Source of the DNA: Spirochaetia bacterium
GTDB taxonomy: Bacteria > Spirochaetota > Spirochaetia > SZUA-6 > Bin103
Length of the DNA stretch: 64,000 bases
Assembly (NCBI GenBank): GCA_965208575.1
Contig: CBDBOV010000005.1
Coordinates: 832,001-896,000 of the forward strand
Direction: 5' to 3'
Position numbers and translations under genes: made by a program
Shown here: positions 1 to 8,613 of the stretch, one piece after another
Position numbering within the stretch: the first letter of the stretch is position 1
How the letters are laid out: the number at the start of each line of letters is the position of its first letter
The notes under the pieces: model-generated
What the model was told of the DNA's origin: nothing
Database searches by the model: none
The model's input: only the letters and a program-made list of their open reading frames with translations

Positions 1-1
1 C

Positions 2-181
2 AAGGTGGCGATGTTCAGCACCATGTACCGCGCGCTGGCGCCGTGGCGGGATCGGGTGTTCATGTACCTGTGCATGGAGAAGCCGGCGATCTGGGAGCGC
101 GCGTTCGGCTGGCGGTTCGGCTCCAACGAGGAGTTCGAGCAGGCGTTCGCCGCCGGTACGCTGTACCGGCAGCGCGCCTGA
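2..181 (+). CDS. 3' end of a spore photoproduct lyase-like radical SAM protein (partial)
   Basis: Frame from base 2 reads KVAMFSTMYRALAPWRDRVFMYLCMEKPAIWERAFGW...RQRA-stop; YLCME..IW resembles the C-terminus of SPL-family proteins. Confidence 0.55.
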   Translation, partial: KVAMFSTMYRALAPWRDRVFMYLCMEKPAIWERAFGWRFGSNEEFEQAFAAGTLYRQRA

Positions 182-234
182 ACGGCGCGGCGTCGCGACC
201 GTGACTGCACGCGGGGAAATCGGTTCACGCGCGC

Positions 235-699
235 GTGCTGGCGCTGCTGCGGCAGGCCGGAGCGGCGTTCACCGAACGCGAGCACGAAGCCGTGCGCACC
301 AGCGAGGAGGCGGCGGCCGTGCGCGGCGCCCCGCTGCACAGCGGCGCCAAGGCGCTGGTGTTGAAGGCGGCGGACCGGTTTCTGCTGGCGGTGCTGCCGG
401 CGGACTGCTCCCTCGACAGCAGGGCGCTGCGCGGCGTCGCCGGCACCCGCCGCATCCGCTTCGCCAACCGAGAGGAATTGCTGGAGCTGACCGGACTCAC
501 GCCCGGGGCGGTGCCGCCGTTCGGCAGTCTGTTCGGCATGGAGACCGTCTGCGACCCGAAGCTGGCCGACAACGGGCAGATCAACTTCAACGCCGGCAGC
601 CACCGCCACTCGGTGCAGATCGCGTACGCCGACTGGCAGGCGATCGAGCGCCCTCGGTTGGCGGTGATCGCCGGGCGCGCCGATTCCGCGGATGCATGA
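235..699 (+). CDS. YbaK/ProX family aminoacyl-tRNA deacylase
   Basis: GAKALVLK, TGLTPGAVPPFG, INFNAGSHRHS motifs; 154 aa. Confidence 0.88.
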   Translation: MLALLRQAGAAFTEREHEAVRTSEEAAAVRGAPLHSGAKALVLKAADRFLLAVLPADCSLDSRALRGVAGTRRIRFANREELLELTGLTPGAVPPFGSLFGMETVCDPKLADNGQINFNAGSHRHSVQIAYADWQAIERPRLAVIAGRADSADA

Positions 700-1183
700 G
701 TTGTGCAGCACGATTCGGCTGGCGGCGCCGCTGGCCGAGGTGTTCGCGTTCTTTGCCGATGCCCGAAACCTGGAGGTGCTGACCCCGGGCTGGCTGCACT
801 TCCGGGTGGTTTCACAGCCGCCGCCGGCGATGGCGGCGGGTACCCGCATCGACTACCGCCTGCGCCTGCGCGGCGTGCCGGTGCGCTGGCAGAGCGAGAT
901 CACCGCCTGGGAGCCGCCGTTCCGGTTCGTGGACGAGCAACGCCGCGGTCCCTACCGGGTATGGATCCACGAGCACCGGTTCGCGGTTGAGCGGCACACC
1001 GACGGCACCGAGGTGGTGGTCGCGAGTGACAAGGTACGCTACGCGGCGCCGGGCGGGCGGCTGGTGAACCGCCTGCTGGTGGCCGGGGACCTGCGCCGCA
1101 TCTTCGCTTATCGCAGCGTCCGGCTGCGCGAGCGGTTCGGTGCGGCGGACGAGCCCGGCGCGGCAGGCGCGGCGGCGGGCTGA
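692..1183 (+). CDS. SRPBCC family protein
   Basis: EVFAFFADARNLEVLTP, WEPPFRFVDEQRRGPY..W.HEH. Confidence 0.85.
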   Translation: MHELCSTIRLAAPLAEVFAFFADARNLEVLTPGWLHFRVVSQPPPAMAAGTRIDYRLRLRGVPVRWQSEITAWEPPFRFVDEQRRGPYRVWIHEHRFAVERHTDGTEVVVASDKVRYAAPGGRLVNRLLVAGDLRRIFAYRSVRLRERFGAADEPGAAGAAAG

Positions 1184-1223
1184 AGCGCGCCTGCCGCACG
1201 ACGTGGTATAACGGAGACGACGC

Positions 1224-2033
1224 ATGCAGGAGAAACGACACCGACTGGAGGGGATTCTGTCCGGCATGGGCAGCGTTGCCGTGGCGCTGTCGGGCGGGGT
1301 GGACAGCGGCCTGCTGGCCAAGTTGGCGCACGACTGCCTGGGCGAGGCGGCGATCGCGGTGACCGCGGTGTCGCCAAGCCTGGCGGCCGAGGAGCGTGAC
1401 GCGGTGGCATCGCTGGTGGAGCGGATCGGCATCCGCCACGTGTTCCTGGACAGCCACGAGACCGAGGACCCGCGCTACCAGGAGAACGCTCCGAGCCGCT
1501 GTTACTTCTGCAAGACCAACGTGTACGACGTGCTGACCGGCTACGCCGAGGGGGAGGGCTTTCGCTACCTGATCGACGGCACCAACGCCGACGACGTGGG
1601 CGATCACCGCCCGGGGCGGCGCGCCGCCCATGAGCAGGGCGTACGCAGCCCGCTGCAGGAGGCGGCAATCAGCAAGGCTGAGGTACGCGCCATGGCACGC
1701 GAGCTGGAGCTGCCGATCTGGGACAAGCCGGCCGCGGCGTGCCTGGCCTCGCGCATCCCGTACGGCTCGCGGGTCACCGACCGGAAGCTCAGCCAGGTGG
1801 AGCGCGCCGAGGCGGTGCTGCGCGAGTTGGGGATCCGCCAGTTGCGGGTACGCCACCACGACCAGGTGGCCCGCCTGGAAGTGGAGCCCGACGACCTGAC
1901 CACGGTCATGCGGCATCGCGGCGAGATAACCGAACGGCTGCAGCGGCTCGGGTTCATATACGTGACCCTGGACCTCGCCGGGTTCCGGTCCGGCAGCCTG
2001 AACGAAGTGCTGTCGGCACCGCGTTCCGAGTGA
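1224..2033 (+). CDS. larE: ATP-dependent sulfur transferase LarE (nickel-pincer cofactor biosynthesis)
   Basis: PP-loop SGGVDS, RCYFCK, DGTNADD..DHRPG, CLASRIPYG, GFRSGSLN. Confidence 0.95.
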   Translation: MQEKRHRLEGILSGMGSVAVALSGGVDSGLLAKLAHDCLGEAAIAVTAVSPSLAAEERDAVASLVERIGIRHVFLDSHETEDPRYQENAPSRCYFCKTNVYDVLTGYAEGEGFRYLIDGTNADDVGDHRPGRRAAHEQGVRSPLQEAAISKAEVRAMARELELPIWDKPAAACLASRIPYGSRVTDRKLSQVERAEAVLRELGIRQLRVRHHDQVARLEVEPDDLTTVMRHRGEITERLQRLGFIYVTLDLAGFRSGSLNEVLSAPRSE

Positions 2034-2043
2034 CCGCGGCGCC

Positions 2044-2844
2044 GTGACCGAAGAGCTGCTCGCCGAACTGCTGGCCGCGGTGCGCGACGGCGGACTCGAC
2101 GTGGAGGCCGCCCTGGAGCGTCTGCGCGGCTTCCCGATTGACGAATCGGTGGCTGGAGCGCGCGTCGACACCCATCGCAAGCTGCGCACGGGCGCCGCGG
2201 AAGTGGTGTTCTGTCCCGGCAAGACGCCGGAGCAGGTGGCCGAGATCCTGATCCGGCTGCGCGCCCACCACGGCCGCGCGCTCGCCACCCGCGCCACTCC
2301 CGAGTTGGCCCGGCAGGTGCGCGAGCGCATCTCCGACGCGGCCTACGATTCGGTTTCCCGCCTGCTGTCGGTCGGGTGGCGGCCGGAGAGCGAAGCGGCG
2401 CGGGAAGGGGCGGACCGGGCAACGGGTGCGCATGCCGCGGTGGTGTCCGCGGGCACGTCGGACGTGCCGGTGGCGGAGGAGGCGGCGCAGACGCTGGAGT
2501 TCCTGGGCGGCCGCGTGCAGCGTTGCTACGACGTGGGGGTGGCCGGGCTGCACCGCCTGCTGGCCGTGCGGGCGCAACTGGATCGTGCCGCGGTGGTGAT
2601 CTGCGTGGCCGGCATGGAGGGCGCGCTGACCAGCGTGGTGGGCGGCCTGCTGGCGGCGCCGGTGATCGGCGTTCCCACCAGCGTCGGCTACGGCGCCCAC
2701 CTCGGCGGCGCGGCGCCGCTGCTGGCGATGCTCAACTCCTGCGCCGCCGGGGTGGCGGTGGTGAATATCGACAACGGGTTCGGCGCCGCGCTGATGGCGC
2801 ACGCCATCATCCGCCAGATCGAAGCCGCCGCCGGCTCGCCATGA
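2044..2844 (+). CDS. larB: Nickel-pincer cofactor biosynthesis carboxylase/hydrolase LarB
   Basis: AGTSDVPVAEEA, DVGVAGLHRL, AGMEGAL, PTSVGYG, VVNIDNGFGAA. Confidence 0.95.
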   Translation: MTEELLAELLAAVRDGGLDVEAALERLRGFPIDESVAGARVDTHRKLRTGAAEVVFCPGKTPEQVAEILIRLRAHHGRALATRATPELARQVRERISDAAYDSVSRLLSVGWRPESEAAREGADRATGAHAAVVSAGTSDVPVAEEAAQTLEFLGGRVQRCYDVGVAGLHRLLAVRAQLDRAAVVICVAGMEGALTSVVGGLLAAPVIGVPTSVGYGAHLGGAAPLLAMLNSCAAGVAVVNIDNGFGAALMAHAIIRQIEAAAGSP

Positions 2845-4043
2845 CGGTCGCCTACATCGACTGCATCGCCGGGGTGAGTGGCGACATGCTGCTCGGCGCG
2901 CTGCTCGACGCCGGTGTGCAAGAGGCGGAGTTGCGCGCACGGCTCGACGACCTTGCCCTGCCCGGGTTCGCCCTGTCGGCGCGCCGGGTGCAGAAGGTGG
3001 GCATCGGCGCGGTGAAGGTCGACGTGCAGGTGACCGACCATGCCACCGAGCGGCACGTGCCGGCGATCGTCGAGCTGGTCGAGCGCAGCGCGGTGGCGGA
3101 CGGCATCAAGCGGCGCGCGGGCGCCATCTTCCGCCGCCTGGGAGAGGTGGAGGCCGCGATCCACGGCACCACGCCCGAGCGCGTGCACCTGCACGAGCTG
3201 GGCGGCATCGACACCATTGTCGACGTGGTGGGCGTGCTGATCGGGTTCGAGCTGCTGGGCGTGGACCGGGTGGTGTGCTCGCCGCTGCCGCTGGCGCGCG
3301 GGTTCGTCGACGCCGCGCACGGGCGCATGCCGCTGCCCGCTCCCGCCACCGCGGCGCTCCTGGCAGGGGTGCCGGTAACCGGCGCCGAGGTGACCGGCGA
3401 ACTGGTCACGCCCACCGGCGCCGCGCTGGTGACCGCCCTGGCCACGGAGTTCGGGCCGTTGCCCGCCATGGAGCTGGCTGCCACCGGTTACGGAGCGGGC
3501 AACGCGGACCGCTCCATCCCCAACGTGGTGCGGCTGCTGGTGGGCCGTGCGACTGAGAGCAGCGGGGTGCAAGAGGAGGACGGAGTTCCCGTCGAGGGGC
3601 TGTTCATGATCGAGACCAACATCGACGACATGAACCCGGAGTGGTACGAATACGTGAGCGAGGCGCTGTTCCGCGCCGGCGCCCGGGAGGTGTTCACGCA
3701 GCCGGCGGCGATGAAAAAGAATCGGCCCGCCACCCTGTTGAGCGTGCTGTGCGAGCCCGAAGACCGCGCCGCGCTGCGCCGCATCCTGTTCCGCGAAACC
3801 ACCACCATCGGTGTGCGCGAGTATCCCGTACAGCGCTATGCACTGGAGCGCGCGGCTGCCACCGCCGACACCAGGTTCGGATCGATTCGCGTCAAGATGG
3901 TGCACGGCGCCGGCGTGGAGCGCCGCTGGACGCCGGAATACGACGACTGCCGCCGCGCCGCCGCGGCCAGCGGCGCCCCGTTGCAGGAAGTGTACCGATG
4001 CGCCCAGGAAGCGGCCCGCGAGCTGCCGCCGCCCAGCACCTGA
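2841..4043 (+). CDS. larC: Nickel insertase LarC
   Basis: ATG at 2841 overlaps the larB stop (ATGA); GVSGDMLLGALLD, VHLHELG.IDTIVDV, GELVTPTGAA, ETNIDDMNPE, MKKNRP, PEYDDC. Confidence 0.95.
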   Translation: MTVAYIDCIAGVSGDMLLGALLDAGVQEAELRARLDDLALPGFALSARRVQKVGIGAVKVDVQVTDHATERHVPAIVELVERSAVADGIKRRAGAIFRRLGEVEAAIHGTTPERVHLHELGGIDTIVDVVGVLIGFELLGVDRVVCSPLPLARGFVDAAHGRMPLPAPATAALLAGVPVTGAEVTGELVTPTGAALVTALATEFGPLPAMELAATGYGAGNADRSIPNVVRLLVGRATESSGVQEEDGVPVEGLFMIETNIDDMNPEWYEYVSEALFRAGAREVFTQPAAMKKNRPATLLSVLCEPEDRAALRRILFRETTTIGVREYPVQRYALERAAATADTRFGSIRVKMVHGAGVERRWTPEYDDCRRAAAASGAPLQEVYRCAQEAARELPPPST

Positions 4044-4122
4044 CCGGCGCCGGGCGCCGCCATCACCAGCCCGCCAGCGGCGCGGCGCCACCCGTGCCGG
4101 CGACCGCAGCCCGCGGTTGGCG

Positions 4123-5073
4123 TCAGGCGCCGCGGCGCGGCGTGGTCTGGCGGATGATGTCGTCTACCATCTCGCGGACGCCGAAGTGGGGGCGCCAGCC
4201 CAGCTCGTCCGCGATCAGGCTGCAGTCGAGCCGCCATTCACGGTAGCCGCTTACCACCTGCATGATCACGGGGTCGGGCGCGAAGCTGAACTGCGCGCCG
4301 GGCAGGGTGCGGCGCACGTGCGCGATCATCTCGCGCACCACCACCCGCCCCGAGGCCACGTTGTAGATGCGCCCCGGCGCCTGCGGTGCGGTAGCCAGGC
4401 GGGCGAGCGCGCTGACCGCGTCATCGAGGTAGACCACGGGGTACGCGGTGTCTTCGGTCACCTCGATCGCGTACGGTTCGCCGCGTGCGGCTTTCTCGGG
4501 GATCAGCGAGGTGAACATGCTCGCCGAGCCCGCCGCCTGCCGGAACGGGCCGGTGACCGCGGCCATGCGCACCGCGCGCACGTCCATGCCGTGGCGGCGC
4601 ACGTGCAGCAGCCCCATCTCCTCGGCGCAGCGCTTGGTGTACCCGTACCAGCCGTCGGGCTCGGTGGCCATGCCCTCGCGGATCGGCTGCGGCAGGCCGC
4701 GCCCGTAGACGCCGATGGTACTCGCCAGCACCACCCGCCGCTTGCCATGTTCGCGCGCCGCATCGAGCACGTGGTACGTGCCGCTCACGTTGACCGCCAT
4801 GCCGAGGACGGGGTCGTGGTCGCAGCCGGCGGTGAGCAGCCCGGCCAGGTGGACGATCGGATCGTCGCCGCCACTGGCCGCCACCGCCGCCCGCACCGCA
4901 GCGGCATCGCGGATGTCGCCGGCCATGAAGCGCATCCCCTCCGGCCACCGGGCGCCGCCCGCCGCGCCCGGCTCGGCCAGGTCGAACCCCACCACTTCGC
5001 GGCCTTCGGCGACGAACCGGCAGGCCAGCGCCCGGCCGATGAATCCGGCGCCGCCGGTAATCAGAACTGCCAC
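4123..5073 (-). CDS. NAD-dependent epimerase/dehydratase (extended SDR, threonine dehydrogenase-like)
   Basis: ITGGAGFIG, YGYTK; GTG start 6 nt after a TATGAT -10 box. Confidence 0.85.
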   Translation of the reverse strand: MAVLITGGAGFIGRALACRFVAEGREVVGFDLAEPGAAGGARWPEGMRFMAGDIRDAAAVRAAVAASGGDDPIVHLAGLLTAGCDHDPVLGMAVNVSGTYHVLDAAREHGKRRVVLASTIGVYGRGLPQPIREGMATEPDGWYGYTKRCAEEMGLLHVRRHGMDVRAVRMAAVTGPFRQAAGSASMFTSLIPEKAARGEPYAIEVTEDTAYPVVYLDDAVSALARLATAPQAPGRIYNVASGRVVVREMIAHVRRTLPGAQFSFAPDPVIMQVVSGYREWRLDCSLIADELGWRPHFGVREMVDDIIRQTTPRRGA

Positions 5074-5409
5074 GCGGTCATCATAGCGACCGTCACGTAT
5101 GCCGGCCACTCGGCTGCGGCGGGTACCGTGCAAGATACCGGCGAATGCGGACACCAAGCGGTGCGGCACCGCGGCCGTGTGCCGCAACGGGATCTACCTG
5201 TGGATCGACGGCGAGTGGCGTTGACCCGTGCCGCCACCCGTATCGCCCCCGCATCGCTCGATGCGGTTGACCCACCGTGTCCACGCACTTAGCATGCTTC
5301 GCGTCGTCTGCGGCGATGCGATAGCCCGCCGTCGGACCGTGCGAGCGCTCCTTGCGGGCCGGGTCGCACGAAGGACAGGACTGTTGTTCACGCTTATGGG
5401 GAGAATGAG

Positions 5410-6402
5410 ATGCACTTGAACGTCAAGGCAGTGTTCGTATTCGCCGTTCTGGCATCGGCCGTGGTGGCGAGCGTGGCGGCCGAGGACCGGACGACTGCCG
5501 GTCAGGTCGTGGACGATGAAACCCTCAAGGCGTTCGTCGAAGGGGCCGCGGCGGAAATCGCGGCGATCACGGACGTCGCCGCAGGCGGGCGGTTGCGAGA
5601 CAGGTTTAGAACCGACCCCGCCTGGCACGCCGGATCGATGTTCCTCATCCTGTTCACCCAGGGCGGGAACCCGTTCATCCACGGGGACGATCGCGCGGCT
5701 GAAAACAGGGACTTGTTCGCAATCGAGGACGACAACGGCTTCCGGGTGGTCGAGGCACTCCTCGCGGCCGGCGCCCGGGGCGGCGACTTCGTCCGGTATC
5801 ACGACGGCGAGCCGAAGACCGCATACGCCGTCGAATACACCTCCGGAATCAGCGGAAGACAGTTCGTGCTGGTCGGCGGCTACTCGCAGGACACCTCCCA
5901 TGCGCCGCTGCGTGTCGCGGATCTGCCGAGACCCGCCGTCACCGCATCGGAGGTCGTAGACCGCGAGACCCTGGTTGCCTTCGTCGAGGAAGCGGCCAGG
6001 GTATACAGCGAGCGCGCCCTCAATACAACAGGCTACCGAGACTTTGCCGCGGTCAGAAACGCCTTCCGGCAAGAAGGAGGGCATTGGAAGTCGGGTTCCG
6101 TCTATTTGTGGATCGTGGCGGCCGGGGACATCATCTTTTTTCACGCAACCGAGCCGTTTCGCGAAGGCAAGCCGACCGACCTGACGAGGACGGACGTCAA
6201 CGGGGTGAAGTTCGCCGAGGAACTGATCGGAGGCGCACGGCGCGAGGGCCAGAGGTTTCTTCAGTACAACTATGACGACCCGACCATCGAGGGGGACGAG
6301 GACACCGGCTCCCCGAAGCTCGGCTATGCGGTGAGCATCCCGGTATTCGCAACCGGCCAAAAGGCCGTCATCGGCTCCGGCGTCTATCTCGGCGCACGCT
6401 GA
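5410..6402 (+). CDS. Secreted protein with two single-Cache-like domains
   Basis: Signal peptide; two internal repeats (D.ETL.AFVE.AA...W..GS..L...D.NG....E.L...AR) and no cytoplasmic output domain. Confidence 0.7.
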   Translation: MHLNVKAVFVFAVLASAVVASVAAEDRTTAGQVVDDETLKAFVEGAAAEIAAITDVAAGGRLRDRFRTDPAWHAGSMFLILFTQGGNPFIHGDDRAAENRDLFAIEDDNGFRVVEALLAAGARGGDFVRYHDGEPKTAYAVEYTSGISGRQFVLVGGYSQDTSHAPLRVADLPRPAVTASEVVDRETLVAFVEEAARVYSERALNTTGYRDFAAVRNAFRQEGGHWKSGSVYLWIVAAGDIIFFHATEPFREGKPTDLTRTDVNGVKFAEELIGGARREGQRFLQYNYDDPTIEGDEDTGSPKLGYAVSIPVFATGQKAVIGSGVYLGAR

Positions 6403-6593
6403 CCTCCAGGCGGCAGAGGCTTGCGTCAAGCGGGTGGCGCGCCGGAATCGAGGCCGCGTCCGGCGAGCCGTTGACCACCACGGCAGCCGCGCTGCCGCAG
6501 CCGGCCTGTGCGGCAGCCGCCGGGCGTGCCTGATCGACGGCGAATGGTGTTAACTTGCGGTGCCGCTCTCCCCGATACCAGTAGTGAGACACC

Positions 6594-7982
6594 ATGAATA
6601 GACCGACATTTCCGGGACCTGGAGCGGTCCTGTCAACCAGAGTTCCGCAGATCGGTTCGCCCGGCCGGCAGGCCGGCGTCACGCGCGCCGCGGCGCGGGC
6701 GGCGGCGGTCGTGCTGCGGGCGGCTGCCGTTGCGCTCGCGGGCGCGGCGGCGATGCTGCCCCTGTCGTGCGCGTCTACGGACGTGGTGCCTGCCCCCGGC
6801 GCCATGGCCTCGCGCGCCGAGCATCCCGTCGCCGCCGAAGAGGTACGCGCCGTGTGGGTGGTCCGGCAATCGCTGTCCAGCCCGGCCGCCGCGCGCGAGG
6901 TGGTGGAGCAGGCCGCGGCCGGCGGATTCAACACGCTGCTGGTGCAGGTGCGCGGGCGCGGCGATGCGCTGTACCGCTCGGCACTGGAACCGCGTCCCGA
7001 GTTCCTGGACGGCCAGGGGGACTTCGATCCGCTGCAACTGGTGCTGGACGAAGCGCGCGCGCGCGGCATGGCGGTGCACGCGTGGGTGAACGCCTACCTG
7101 GTGTGGGGACCGGTCGACCCTCCGCGCCACCCCGGACACCTGGTGAACGCGCATCCCGAGTGGCTCGCGGTCCCGTATGCGTTGGGCCGCGACCTGTACC
7201 ACGTCGATCCGCGCGATCCGTCCTACGTCCGGCGCCTGATCGAATACTCCGCCGCCAACATCGAGGTGGTGGAGGGGTTGTATACCAGCCCCTCCCACCC
7301 CGGCGTGCAGGAGCGCCTGCACGCCGTCTGGATGGAACTGGCGGCCGCCTACGAGCTGGATGGCATCCACCATGACTACATCCGCTTCCCCACCTCGGCG
7401 TTCGACTATTCGCGTACCACGCTGGAGCGATTTCAGGCGTGGGTGAAGCCGCGCATCGCCGCCCACCGCCACGCCGGGCTGCTGGCGGCGGCGCGGGACG
7501 ATCCCTACGCGTTCGCCGAGGCGCTGCCCGGCCACTGGGACCGGTTCCGGCGCGACAGCGTCTCCGACCTGGTGCGCCGCGTCCATCTCGGCGCCAAGGA
7601 ACGCCGCCCCGGCCTGGTAGTGTCGGCGGCGGTGCTGCCCGAGTGGCGCGGGGCGGCGCGCTGGAATCTGCAGGCGTGGACCTCGTGGCTGGCCGAGGGC
7701 ACCCTCGACGTGGCGGTGCCGATGGCGTATACGACCGACACCGAGGAGTTCCACCGTTGGGTCGAAGCGGCCCTGGCCGCCGCCGGGTCGCCCGAGCGCG
7801 TGTGGGCCGGGGTGGGGGCGTACCGCAATCCGGTGGACCTGACCGTGGCACAGATCGACGAGGCGCGCACGATCGGCGTCGGCGGCGTCGCGGTGTTCTC
7901 CTACGACAAGCCCTCGCACACCCCGCCGCCGGATGGGGCCGCCGCGGCGCTGCACCGCATCGGTCTCGCGGCGTTTCGATAG
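6594..7982 (+). CDS. Glycosyl hydrolase-like 10 (YddW/DigH-type) lipoprotein
   Basis: EVRAVWV, GFNTLLVQVRGRGDALY, FDPL, VHAWVN, LDGIHHDYIRFP; lipobox-like LSC; true start may be downstream. Confidence 0.85.
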   Translation: MNRPTFPGPGAVLSTRVPQIGSPGRQAGVTRAAARAAAVVLRAAAVALAGAAAMLPLSCASTDVVPAPGAMASRAEHPVAAEEVRAVWVVRQSLSSPAAAREVVEQAAAGGFNTLLVQVRGRGDALYRSALEPRPEFLDGQGDFDPLQLVLDEARARGMAVHAWVNAYLVWGPVDPPRHPGHLVNAHPEWLAVPYALGRDLYHVDPRDPSYVRRLIEYSAANIEVVEGLYTSPSHPGVQERLHAVWMELAAAYELDGIHHDYIRFPTSAFDYSRTTLERFQAWVKPRIAAHRHAGLLAAARDDPYAFAEALPGHWDRFRRDSVSDLVRRVHLGAKERRPGLVVSAAVLPEWRGAARWNLQAWTSWLAEGTLDVAVPMAYTTDTEEFHRWVEAALAAAGSPERVWAGVGAYRNPVDLTVAQIDEARTIGVGGVAVFSYDKPSHTPPPDGAAAALHRIGLAAFR

Positions 7983-8040
7983 CAGCAGCGTGTTCGCGCG
8001 GCGGTTGGGCGGCGTCGACCAACCGGCGGCGGTCGCCTAT

Positions 8041-8096
8041 TGCCTCACGTAAAAATCTAACCTTACGGTGAGCGTGCCTCACGTAAGAATCTAACC
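8041..8096. repeat. Two tandem 22-bp subterminal repeats (probable transposase-binding sites)
   Basis: TGCCTCACGTAARAATCTAACC at 8041-8062 and 8075-8096; inverted counterparts at 11771-11792 and 11805-11825. Confidence 0.85.
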
Positions 8097-8147
8097 GAAA
8101 GGGAGGCGGAGAACGAGGGGGGAGCGCGAGGGGGGAGACTCATAAAT

Positions 8148-8164
8148 TGTGGATAAGTGGATAG
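8148..8164 (-). promoter_or_regulatory. Perfect DnaA box plus an overlapping degenerate box
   Basis: TGTGGATAA (=TTATCCACA) at 8148-8156 then AGTGGATAG. Confidence 0.5.
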
Positions 8165-8333
8165 GCTGCTGGGCGACCGGCCGGGTTGATTCAAGCACAC
8201 CAACGCGACCGGGGGCGTATCTGGTTGGTCGGCGCGGATGAGGAGGCGTCAACGGCAGGGAGGTGGTCGGTGCCGTGTCGTGTCGCTGACCGAAGAGGGG
8301 GCGGACGGGTCTGGAGGCGACTTCGGTGCTGGT

Positions 8334-8415
8334 GACACGGGGATGTCCAGACACCACCTCGTGTCGCGGAGAGGCCTTACAGCGCGGCTGAGGCGACATT
8401 TCTTGACGCCGACCG
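8334..8415. repeat. ~83-bp imperfect direct repeat, copy 1 (copy 2 at 10306-10388)
   Basis: GACACGGGGATGTCCAGACACCACCTCGTGTCGCGGAGAGGCCTTACAGCGCGGCTGAGGCGAC vs GACACGGGGGTATCCAGACACCACCTCGTGTCGTGGAGGGGCCTTACAGCGCGGCTGAGGCGAC; weaker similarity extends ~75 bp further. Confidence 0.85.
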
Positions 8416-8613
8416 TCTGGCTCACGGATATACGGGCGTCAGAGACGCTCAGAAGTCATTTGCCGAGCCGGGTGATGCCGCCCACGCCGCGAGCGGCGCG
8501 CAGGTTGCTGCGGAGCGCACGGAGCGAGGCGCCCCGGACAACTGCACCGAGGTGCGTTGCCCGGGGCAGGGTCATGACAATTCCCCACCGCCGGGACGGG
8601 GTAGGCGACGAGG

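Noticed and set aside
2376-2840. N-terminal extension of LarC
   Set aside because: Overlaps larB in another frame; LarC homology starts at the coupled ATG 2841.
8041-8096. 22-bp repeats with a 12-bp spacer as a mini-CRISPR
   Set aside because: Only two units, spacer too short, no cas genes, and inverted copies flank a transposase.
8148-8164. DnaA box as a replication origin
   Set aside because: Only one perfect box, inside an IS end, with no AT-rich unwinding element or dnaA/rep gene.
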